64,000 nt of DNA from Candidatus Sulfotelmatobacter sp. (GTDB lineage: Bacteria > Acidobacteriota > Terriglobia > Terriglobales > Acidobacteriaceae). The notes beneath the pieces were generated by a model. It saw nothing but the letters and a program-made list of their open reading frames with translations. It had not been told where the DNA came from and searched no databases. Below are positions 50,200-58,817 of the stretch, piece by piece (position 1 is the stretch's first letter; each line of letters begins with the position of its first letter). The translations under genes were made by a program, and so were the position numbers. The DNA lies in contig JBEKUD010000006.1 in NCBI GenBank assembly GCA_049515395.1, positions 11,708 through 75,707 on the forward strand. The letters are read 5' to 3'.

Positions 50200-51882
50200 A
50201 TGGTCCTAAATGCCATAAGCCGCCCCAAGTCTTCCGGTTCGGGAGTGTTCCCGGCGCTGGTGCTGGTGCAGGGAAACGAGCAAAAAAATATCGTTCTCAA
50301 CCGAACTCCGTTCAGTGTGGGGCGCAAAGTGGACAAGGATCTGGTGATCGCGGATCCGCGAGTGTCGCGGGATCACGCGCTCATTGTGCTGGAGGATGAC
50401 GGATTTTTTCTGGTCGATCAGGGTAGCAAGCACGGCACGTTCGTCAACGGCGAACGAATTCAGCGGCAAAAGCTGGAACGGAATGACCGCCTGGAATTCG
50501 GGGCGCGGGATTCGACGTACGCGATTTTCAATCCGGCGCACGGCACGTCGAATACGGCTCGCGAGTTTTTAAGCCAGATTTCCGGCATACAGATTTCGCA
50601 GGAAGCAAACGATCTGGAAAAGTTGACGCTCTTTCTGGAAGCGGCGCGCAAGTTGAATACGGCGGGCGTGCTGGACGAAATCCTGATGACCATGCTGGAG
50701 GTCACGCTGCGCCTCACTCGCGCCGAGCGCGGTTATGTTTTTCTGAAAGATGAGGAGGGCGAACTGAAACTGGCAGCGGGGCGCAACAACAAGGGCGAAT
50801 CGCTGCTGGATGACAAAACAATTTCGCACTCCGCGCTGGAAGAGTCTCTGCGGTCGAACTCGGAATTTTTGCTCACGGATACGGGAAGCTCCGACGATTT
50901 GGCAGGACGGCAGAGCATTGTGGCTTACGATTTGCGGACCGTGATTTGCATTCCGCTGCGCAAACGGCAGGTGCAGGCTACGCGCGATCAGCAGACGCCC
51001 GCGCCCAATGCAGCTTCGGAGGTGACGGGAGTCTTGTACGTGGATTCACGGTTTGCCTCGCGCGAATTTTCCGGTGTGGGCCATGACATTCTGCGGGCGA
51101 TCGCAACCGAAGCTGCGTCGCTGATCGAGAACGCGCGGCTGGTACAGGCTGAGGAAGAGTCGCGACGGTACCAGCAGGAATTGACTATCGCTGCCAGCAT
51201 CCAGCAACGGCTCATGCAGGTGAAGATTCCAGAAGTGCCGTTCGCGAAATTGCGCGGGAAGAATCTTTCTTGTAAGGAAATTGGCGGGGACTTTTTCGAT
51301 GCCGTCAATACCAAAGAGGGACTTGCGGTGGTGCTTGCGGATGTGAGTGGTAAAGGAGTTTCGGCTGCGCTGCTGGCTTCCACCCTGCAGGGAATGATTT
51401 ATTCGCATTTGAGTTCGGGCATGCCATTACTCGATGTGGTGACGGCGGTGAATCACTTCTTCACCGAAAAGCTGGTGGGAGAAAAGTATGCCACGGTGCT
51501 GCTGGCACGGCTGCGCCGGGACGGCGATCTGGAATATGTGAACTGCGGCCACGTGCAGCCACTGCTGGTGTGCGGAGGGGAAGTGATGCGCCCCCCCCAC
51601 GGCAACGTGCCGGTGGGTTTGCTGCCGGACGCGACGTTTGAGAGCGCACGTTGCCAGATGAAATCAGGCGACCGCTTCATTCTGGTGACCGACGGCGTGA
51701 CCGAGGCGGAGAATTCCATGGGCGACTTCTTCGAGGATTTTCGGCTGGAAGCGGCCGCGTCAAAGGCCCCGACGCTGGAGGGAATTTTTTCTGCAGTATC
51801 GGAGTTTTGTGCGGGGAATCCGCTGAACGACGATTGCACAGTCGTGGAAATTATCTACTCCAATGTGGGTGCGGACGGCTAG
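50200..51882 (+). CDS. FHA - GAF - PP2C/SpoIIE-type serine phosphatase
   Basis: FHA: FSVGRKVDKDLVIADPRVSRDHALIV...GSKHGTFVNGERI. Central GAF-like region. PP2C/SpoIIE: GGDFFDAV...VLADVSGKGVSAAL...LVTDGVTEA. Confidence 0.85.
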   Translation: MVLNAISRPKSSGSGVFPALVLVQGNEQKNIVLNRTPFSVGRKVDKDLVIADPRVSRDHALIVLEDDGFFLVDQGSKHGTFVNGERIQRQKLERNDRLEFGARDSTYAIFNPAHGTSNTAREFLSQISGIQISQEANDLEKLTLFLEAARKLNTAGVLDEILMTMLEVTLRLTRAERGYVFLKDEEGELKLAAGRNNKGESLLDDKTISHSALEESLRSNSEFLLTDTGSSDDLAGRQSIVAYDLRTVICIPLRKRQVQATRDQQTPAPNAASEVTGVLYVDSRFASREFSGVGHDILRAIATEAASLIENARLVQAEEESRRYQQELTIAASIQQRLMQVKIPEVPFAKLRGKNLSCKEIGGDFFDAVNTKEGLAVVLADVSGKGVSAALLASTLQGMIYSHLSSGMPLLDVVTAVNHFFTEKLVGEKYATVLLARLRRDGDLEYVNCGHVQPLLVCGGEVMRPPHGNVPVGLLPDATFESARCQMKSGDRFILVTDGVTEAENSMGDFFEDFRLEAAASKAPTLEGIFSAVSEFCAGNPLNDDCTVVEIIYSNVGADG

Positions 51883-52001
51883 AAAAATCAGAATGGTGGC
51901 AATGTTTGGCAGTTTTGTTCAGTGGTTAACGTCAGGATCAAAAGACGATGGACAAGAGTGTCCGCGCCCCACGATCAGAACCCTCATGTCTCAAGTCCCC
52001 G

Positions 52002-54404
52002 CTACTCCACAACCACCGTATAGTCCTTACCTTCCCAACGACTTTCCTCTGGCCAGTAGAACGTAAAGACGGCCTGGCTTCCCACCGTCAATGAGGCGGT
52101 TGGCAAATCAAGAATGTAGGTGCCAAGGCCGGTATCGCGGGTGTTGGTATCTTGCGCAGTCTTCCATCCATCGATACTCCAATGCACCATCGCGGGAGTC
52201 AGCAGCACGAGCCGAAGTTTCTTGTTCCGAGGGATGGAGCGGGTCTTGTTGTTGAATCTCCAGCCGAAGATCTGGCGGATGGGTTTCTCCACCAGGTACC
52301 GTTGAACGGTTTGAGGAGGCTGATCGAAAATTTTGTTGTCGCGCAAGGAGCGGCGGAGTTTGATGTATTCGGAATGGGCCCAGACCAAGGGACAGGCGGA
52401 GCCGGAGGGTTTGCCTCGGAAAAGTTCTAGCGCGGGAATATCGTCGGCATCCCAGACTTGTTCGGGAAGCAGGCGGCTGTGACCGGCGGTGCAGTTTTCC
52501 ATCACGGTTAGCAATGCTCCAGCTTCTTTGGGGCGGCCCGCGGCAAGTTCGTAGTGGGCGCGTTCCCCAGCGAGTAGCGGCCACGCGCGACCAATGCCGC
52601 TGCCGTCGAATGCCGATCCGTCTTTGTGCTCGCCGTATCCGTCGCCGTTGTAACGGTACCAGCACGGTCCTTGCGGCAACTGCACCCGCAGGAGTGCGTC
52701 GATGACGCGGACGGTATTCAGAATGCGGAGGTCGTCGGGCGCGCGTAAACCAAATCGCACCAGCGCCAGCGAATCGGGGCTGACGATGCGGAAGGCGCGC
52801 TCGGTATTTTCTCCGGGAGGCCGATTCTTGATGGGAACAAAGCCCTGCGTTGGCGAGGCCGCGGCCTCGGTGATCGGTGGAGCGATGCGGACGTAATAGC
52901 CTTCGACGCCGATTTGCTCGGCGAGATCGCCTCCGGTCGCGTAGACCCAGCGTTCGATGTTGTCGTTCCAGGCATCAGCTACCTCGCGAAGATAGGAGCC
53001 GGCATCGCTGTGACCGGTAAGGTCGGCGATATCGGCGGCGGCGAGCAGCGCGGAAATTTCCGCCGCCAAGGTGAAGGGTGAATAGCCGCCATCTTCTTCC
53101 CAACGATCTTGTTGAGTTACTGGGCCGTTGCGCACGATAAAACTCGCGGCCTTGCGCGCCATTGGCCACCAACGCTCGAGCTTGCCCAGTTCTCTCGCTG
53201 CCTCGCGACGCAACAGATCGAGCAAGAGAATAGGGAAGGCGGTTTCATCCATCTGGATGCCGCTCCAGTAAGGGCGTCCGTCTAGCCAGAGATTCTGCGC
53301 CCAGTTGCCGGCGGCTTCCTGGGTAGCCTCCAGGTAGCGAAGGACTTTTACGGCGTCAGTGACGGCACCGGCGGCGATCAGTGCGCCGGCAGTTTCGACG
53401 AGGTCGCGGGGCCAAATCAGGTGGTATCCGCCCAGGTCTTCGTCGCCTTTGCTAAAGCCCCAGGGGATCGAAAGGCTGGCGATGATCCCGCCCAGGAAAT
53501 CCTTGGATTCATGGGTTCGGAGGACGGCGGTGGAGGCTCGATAAAGATCATACGGACGCTCGGGTTCATCGAGCTTGATCAATGTATCCTGCCAGTGCTT
53601 CCAGTGGAAGACATAGTGCCGGCGAAGTTCGTCGTAGTCCTCGAACAAAGTGGAGCGGACTTGTTGTCCCGCCTCGGTTACGATGCCGCCGAATCCGAGG
53701 GCAAGGACGAACTCCCCGTTGCAGACCGCAAGATCGACCTCGCCAGTGCAGGCGATGTTGCCCTTCTCGGCGCGTTGGTATTCCCATTGCATCTGGAAGT
53801 GAGCGGAGAGGTCTTGCCACCCGTCGGAGGTGCCGACGAATCCGACCGACATCTTGGTCCAAGGGGTGGAACATCCGAGGGCTAAGGCGGTGCCGTCGTG
53901 CTCAGCGAGGAACATCGGCACGCCCTTGTAATCTCCGACCCAACCGGTGTTGTCGTAACCGCAGTTGGCGAGGTGAGGGGAGAGCAGCACGTAGAGCCGG
54001 TAGTCGGAGAGCTGACCCTGGAGGGGTTCGAAGCGAATTTTTTGCAGCACTACGTTGCGGTAAGGGTCGGTGAGGATTTCTTTCTGAATGCGGTAGCGTC
54101 CGCCGATCTCAGTATTGACCAGTTCGTAGGCCGGGATGCCGGGTTCGAAGGGTTGGTTTTCGAAGGTGCAATGCCGCTTTTCCTCGGAGAAAAAGTTGCG
54201 CCCGTTGGTGACGATGAGGCCGAGGTCGCGGGTGCAGGCCTGGTCCACGCGGGGAAAGTAGACCTCATTCAGAATACCGTGGCTGATAGTGAACCAAACT
54301 TTGCTGTGCTGGTTCAAGGCCGTGCCGGCGCCGGACTTGGCGCTGGAGGTCCACCGTGGCGGGATTCCGGGAGCTCCCGGAGCGTAGATGGGAGAATTGC
54401 TCAT
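52002..54404 (-). CDS. Glycoside hydrolase family 15 (glucoamylase/glucodextranase-type) with N-terminal beta-sandwich and C-terminal extra domain
   Basis: APGAPGIPPRWTSSAK...; (alpha/alpha)6 region with LWPRDLVETA-like IWPRDL, WEEDGGYSPFTLA, and LPEQVWD. Confidence 0.85.
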   Translation of the reverse strand: MSNSPIYAPGAPGIPPRWTSSAKSGAGTALNQHSKVWFTISHGILNEVYFPRVDQACTRDLGLIVTNGRNFFSEEKRHCTFENQPFEPGIPAYELVNTEIGGRYRIQKEILTDPYRNVVLQKIRFEPLQGQLSDYRLYVLLSPHLANCGYDNTGWVGDYKGVPMFLAEHDGTALALGCSTPWTKMSVGFVGTSDGWQDLSAHFQMQWEYQRAEKGNIACTGEVDLAVCNGEFVLALGFGGIVTEAGQQVRSTLFEDYDELRRHYVFHWKHWQDTLIKLDEPERPYDLYRASTAVLRTHESKDFLGGIIASLSIPWGFSKGDEDLGGYHLIWPRDLVETAGALIAAGAVTDAVKVLRYLEATQEAAGNWAQNLWLDGRPYWSGIQMDETAFPILLLDLLRREAARELGKLERWWPMARKAASFIVRNGPVTQQDRWEEDGGYSPFTLAAEISALLAAADIADLTGHSDAGSYLREVADAWNDNIERWVYATGGDLAEQIGVEGYYVRIAPPITEAAASPTQGFVPIKNRPPGENTERAFRIVSPDSLALVRFGLRAPDDLRILNTVRVIDALLRVQLPQGPCWYRYNGDGYGEHKDGSAFDGSGIGRAWPLLAGERAHYELAAGRPKEAGALLTVMENCTAGHSRLLPEQVWDADDIPALELFRGKPSGSACPLVWAHSEYIKLRRSLRDNKIFDQPPQTVQRYLVEKPIRQIFGWRFNNKTRSIPRNKKLRLVLLTPAMVHWSIDGWKTAQDTNTRDTGLGTYILDLPTASLTVGSQAVFTFYWPEESRWEGKDYTVVVE

Positions 54405-54539
54405 TTGTTAGCCCGGGGGCAGTTCAACCATACCCATCCGTAATCTCGGCAGGCGACAATGGTTTGGCCACAGAGTTGATGAACGGCATCGAAGGAAGAA
54501 GCAAAAAGAAATGTTGCACTTCCCAGGGAACAAACGATA

Positions 54540-55389
54540 ATGAACCGACTCGAAGCGATACCCATGCTGTCGATCAACTCAACGCGGAGCGCCCTAGCCT
54601 TCGGTATGTTAGCAGTCTTATGGCTCGGCTTGGCATCATGCGCCTTAGCGAGTGCGGCAGCGGAACCCGATGCCATTCCCAGCACGGCATTGGACCGCGG
54701 ATTTCTGGGGCTTTCCAACCTGGATTTCGCGGGAGCGCAAAAAGATTTTTCCGCATGGGAGAATCAGCATCCGGATGATCCAGTGGGGCCGGTCAGCCAG
54801 GCGGCTGATTTCTTTTCTCCGAGTTCAACCGGCTGGGAGTTCTTGAGGGACAAAACTACGACGATGACAAAACCTTTCCCGATCGTTCGACACTCAGCCC
54901 CGACCCTGCGATCCACCACCAGTTCGAGGTGGCACTGGATCATGCCGAGCAACTGGCGCATGCCCGGCTGAACAAGAACGATGAGGATCCGGATGCGTTG
55001 TTTGCTTTGACTCTTGCCTCGGGATTGCAGGCCGATTATGTCGCTCTGATTGAAAAAAGGAATTTGGCTTCTTTGCACTACACCAAGGAGGCTTCGACGT
55101 GGGCGCAGCAATTGCTGGCAGTTTGCTCGAATTGCTATGACGCGCAGTTGCAGTTAACGGCCCAGCATAGCCACTATCTGGCTCCTTTTGCGCGGATCTG
55201 TTGCCGACGGGCTTAGCAAGTACATCATCGGCAGCATGTCGGCGCCCTTCCGGTGGCTTATGCGAATGGGCGGGCTGCCTGCGGACAAACAAGCCGCGCG
55301 CTCTGGAACTGCTGTCGTCCCTGCGAGCGCAATTTCCGGGTAATACGCTTTTTCCGTGGGAAATTGCACGCTTGCAGAACGGACATTGA
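54540..55389 (+). pseudogene. Frameshifted remnant of a secreted helical-repeat (TPR-like) protein
   Basis: The signal peptide and N-terminus read in frame 0 (54540-~54805). The sequence continues FLFSEFNRLGVLEGQNYDDD...ALIEKRNLASL...CYDAQL in frame 2, then GLSKYIIGSMSAPFRWLMRMGGLPADKQ in frame 0, and ends ALELLSSLRAQFPGNTLFPWEIARLQNGH* in frame 1. Confidence 0.6.
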
Positions 55390-55621
55390 ATTAGCGCGTG
55401 CACCAAACGGCGGAACTGCTCACATTTTTTAAATTCGACTTTCTTGCGGCAGAATCGTGCGTGCGGAAGCTGGACTTTAAAAGCCATTCTTCGAAATCTG
55501 CTGCCGAACGCTTTCCTTCCGGTGACTACAAAATCCCATTCATCAGAAATTTACTGGTTTGTAACCAGCCTTTAACACGACGCCGTTAGAACTGAGTGTC
55601 GATCCAAGGAGGAATCATAGA

Positions 55622-56629
55622 GTGATGCGAAGAATCGCGCGGCTTCTGGTGTGTGCGCTTCTAGCTTTGCCGGCAACTGCCCAGACCACATTGAATGGAG
55701 CGGGGGCGACGTTTCCCTATCCGATGTATTCGAAATGGTTCAGCGAATATCAAAAGCTGCATCCTGAGATTCAAATCAACTACCAATCGATTGGCAGCGG
55801 CGGCGGCATCCGGCAGGTCATCAATGGCACGGTAGATTTCGGCGCCAGCGATGGTCCGATGACGGATGAAATGCTGAAGCAAGCGAAGACAAAAATCCTT
55901 CACATGCCGACCGTGTTAGGCGCGGATGTTCCCGCTTACAACATTCCGGGGGTGAACGCCGAGCTGAAGTTTACTCCCGAGGCGCTCGCCGGAATTTTCC
56001 TGGGAAAGATCACCAAGTGGAATGACAAAGCCATTACCAGCGTGAATCCCGGCGTGAATCTTCCGGACAAAGACATCATTGTGGTGCATCGTTCCGATGG
56101 CAGCGGCACGACCTACATCTGGACGGACTACCTCTCGAAGATCAGCCCCGAGTGGCAAAGCCAGGTAGGGACAGGCACGTCGGTAAAGTGGCCGATCGGG
56201 CTGGGTGGAAAGGGAAATGAGGGCGTGGCGGGATCGATTCGGCAGCTCCAGGGCGCGATCGGTTACGTGGAGCTGGTCTACGCGGTACAGAACAACATTT
56301 CGTACGGCAGCGTGAAGAACGCGGCTGGGAATTTTGTGAAGGCATCGCTTGAGAGCGTGACGGCGGCTGCGGCTTCGGCGCCAAAAATGCCGGCGGATTT
56401 TCGCGTGTCGATCACAAACGCCCCCGGGAAAGATGCGTATCCGATTTCCAGCTTCACCTGGCTATTGATCCCGGAGCAGTCGAAGGATCCGGCGCGAGGG
56501 AAAATTCTCGCCGACTTTCTCAACTGGATGGTAACCGATGGACAGAAGATGACGGCTGCACTTTCCTATGCACCGCTGCCTGAGAATGTTGTCCAAAAAG
56601 AGAAAGACGCGATCAAGCTGGTTAAGTAG
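55622..56629 (+). CDS. pstS: Phosphate ABC transporter substrate-binding protein PstS
   Basis: Signal peptide, then LNGAGATFPYPMYSKWFSEYQK, INYQSIGSGGG, VHRSDGSGTT. Confidence 0.92.
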   Translation: MMRRIARLLVCALLALPATAQTTLNGAGATFPYPMYSKWFSEYQKLHPEIQINYQSIGSGGGIRQVINGTVDFGASDGPMTDEMLKQAKTKILHMPTVLGADVPAYNIPGVNAELKFTPEALAGIFLGKITKWNDKAITSVNPGVNLPDKDIIVVHRSDGSGTTYIWTDYLSKISPEWQSQVGTGTSVKWPIGLGGKGNEGVAGSIRQLQGAIGYVELVYAVQNNISYGSVKNAAGNFVKASLESVTAAAASAPKMPADFRVSITNAPGKDAYPISSFTWLLIPEQSKDPARGKILADFLNWMVTDGQKMTAALSYAPLPENVVQKEKDAIKLVK

Positions 56630-56671
56630 TCAGCTCGATATTTTCCATTAATTTTTCAAAAGGAGAGCGGA

Positions 56672-58600
56672 ATGACTTCTGTTTGGAAGTGGTGCGTGAT
56701 CTTATTCTTGGCGACGACCCTCGTGGCGCAAACCTCAGAGTCGGCGACAGCGACTTCGAAGAAAAAGCAAAAGCCGGCGGCTATTACGGCGGCGGACGTG
56801 CAGGAGTTGAAGGACGCGCTGGCGGCGCAGCAGGCTGCGCTGAGGGCGCAACAGTCTGTTCTGGCGCAGCAACAGCAGCAGATTCAGCAACTGACGCAAC
56901 AACTGCAGCAGAACTCGAAGCAGGTCGCGGCCGTCAGCAATGCCGCACTGACCCAGCCTGCTCCGCAGCTGCAAATGGCGACTTTGAAGAGCGATGTTGC
57001 GGTTCAGCAGGATAGCAACCCCAGCCAGAGCCTCAACTTACAGGAGACTAAGGAGCAGCCCGATACAAACCCGATGCACGGTCCTGTGTCCATCCACTTC
57101 AGGGGAATCACGATCACGCCCGGCGGATTCGCCGAAGCGGCATTCGTGCGGCGGTCAAGAGCCCTCGGCGCTGACCTGCCTACGCCGTTCAATTCGCTCA
57201 CGATGCCCGGCGCTTCGCAGAGCTCTTTATCGGAGTTTTTTGGTTCAGCTCGCCAGTCCCGCCCCACGGTATATGTCGACGGGCGTTTGAAGAACGTGGA
57301 GTTTTCCAGCTACATGTCCGGCGACTTTCTCTCCTCCGGCGACACCTCGTCAGCCACTCAAACAAATAGTTACACTTTCCGTCTGCGCCAGGCGTGGGGC
57401 CAAGCCAAATTCGATAACGGATGGAGCTTCCTCGGCGGCCAGATGTGGAGTTTGGTGACCGAAAATAAGGCGGGCATCGCACCCAGCGATGACCTGGGCA
57501 AAACCAATGATGCCCGGCCCATGACCATCGACCCGCAGTATAACGTCGGATTTACCTTCGCCCGGCAATATGGGATCCGCTTGACCAAAACCTTCGGCGA
57601 AACAGTGGCATTCGCGGTTGCCATGGAAAACGCACAAGGCACGCTTACCACCCACGGAAACACGACCAACTTCCTGCTGGGCGCGGCGGGCGCGACCAAC
57701 AGCTACAACGACGCTCTCACCGCTTGCGCCACCAGTTCCTACACTCCTACCGGCGCAACGGTTCCGGTCTACTACACGACCTGTACTCCGGCAGCTACTT
57801 ATGCCTTTAACCCGTCGCCGGACATCATCGCCAAGGTGGCGTTCGATCCCGGGTTTGGGCACTACGAAATCTTCGGACTCTACGACCGGTTCCGCGACCG
57901 AGTCTTCCCGTGCGCAAACTTTGCCATCGGCACGACTGGTCCTTGCCCCAACAATCCTGCACTTACAGGTCCCAACGCTTCGGGTGCCTATAACGATTCG
58001 AAAAACGGTGGCGGCTTCGGAGCCAACGCCCGCTGGAACTTCGATAACAAGCGTATCGTCTTCGGTTTGCACGCCTTTGGAGGCGATGGAGTGGGGAGGT
58101 ACGGTGCGGCAAATCTATCCGACTTGGCCATTCATGCCGATGGAACTCCTGACCTGATCAAGAATTACCAGGGGTTAGCCTCGCTCGAATGGCACGGCAA
58201 GAAGCTCGACGTGTACGCCTATACCGGCGCGGAGTATGACGGCCGGACGTCCGACTACAATGCCGCGACGAGCGCATATGTTGGCTATGGATCGGCGCAT
58301 TTCAATAACTCCGGCTGCTACACCGAGACCCCTCCTTCTTTCGCCGTGACAAGCGGCTTCAACCCCGGCTCGCTCTCGAAATGCACCGCGGACACGCGAG
58401 CCATGATCGAAGGCACGGCCGGCTTCTGGTACCGCTTCTACAACGGTCCCAGAGGTAAATTTCAGTTCGGCACTCAGTATTCCTACGTGACGCGCCAGAC
58501 CTGGTCCGGCGTGGGTCCGTCAGGATCGGGCGCACCCGGAGTGACCCCGGAAGGACTGGACGGCATGGTCTTCACCTCATTCCGTTATTACTTGCCGTAG
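56672..58600 (+). CDS. Putative outer-membrane porin (possibly phosphate-selective, OprO/P-like) with N-terminal Gln-rich coiled coil
   Basis: Signal peptide, then the coiled coil VQELKDALAAQQAALRAQQSVLAQQQQQIQQLTQQLQQ, then ~500 aa of alternating beta-strand-like sequence rich in G/Y/F/N/T. AAGGAGAG SD. No terminator after pstS. Confidence 0.5.
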   Translation: MTSVWKWCVILFLATTLVAQTSESATATSKKKQKPAAITAADVQELKDALAAQQAALRAQQSVLAQQQQQIQQLTQQLQQNSKQVAAVSNAALTQPAPQLQMATLKSDVAVQQDSNPSQSLNLQETKEQPDTNPMHGPVSIHFRGITITPGGFAEAAFVRRSRALGADLPTPFNSLTMPGASQSSLSEFFGSARQSRPTVYVDGRLKNVEFSSYMSGDFLSSGDTSSATQTNSYTFRLRQAWGQAKFDNGWSFLGGQMWSLVTENKAGIAPSDDLGKTNDARPMTIDPQYNVGFTFARQYGIRLTKTFGETVAFAVAMENAQGTLTTHGNTTNFLLGAAGATNSYNDALTACATSSYTPTGATVPVYYTTCTPAATYAFNPSPDIIAKVAFDPGFGHYEIFGLYDRFRDRVFPCANFAIGTTGPCPNNPALTGPNASGAYNDSKNGGGFGANARWNFDNKRIVFGLHAFGGDGVGRYGAANLSDLAIHADGTPDLIKNYQGLASLEWHGKKLDVYAYTGAEYDGRTSDYNAATSAYVGYGSAHFNNSGCYTETPPSFAVTSGFNPGSLSKCTADTRAMIEGTAGFWYRFYNGPRGKFQFGTQYSYVTRQTWSGVGPSGSGAPGVTPEGLDGMVFTSFRYYLP

Positions 58601-58626
58601 AACGCAACTGTCACTCTTATCTTTGA

Positions 58627-58674
58627 CCGGCGCATCGTTTGGGAAACTGCCTTGGCGATGCGCCGGATTTTTTC
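58627..58674 (+). terminator. Rho-independent terminator after the porin gene
   Basis: CCGGCGCATCG ... CGATGCGCCGG (11-bp stem), followed by ATTTTTT. Confidence 0.8.
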
Positions 58675-58817
58675 GTTCCTATTTGACCGGCTTAAGGCCA
58701 GTAAGCACGGCATTGGGGAGATGCTTTATACTAGGGGTCCGGCTAAGTCCTGGTAAGGTCGGATCGGAAGCGGACCCCCTAAAACGAAAACGAAAGATAG
58801 TTCAATAGTCTTCGCAC

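Noticed and set aside
55390-55621. Searched for a Pho box (PhoB-type direct repeats) upstream of pstS.
   Set aside because: Only loose CTTTAA-containing repeats and one short palindrome are present. Nothing resembles a spaced 7-nt direct-repeat Pho box well enough to call.
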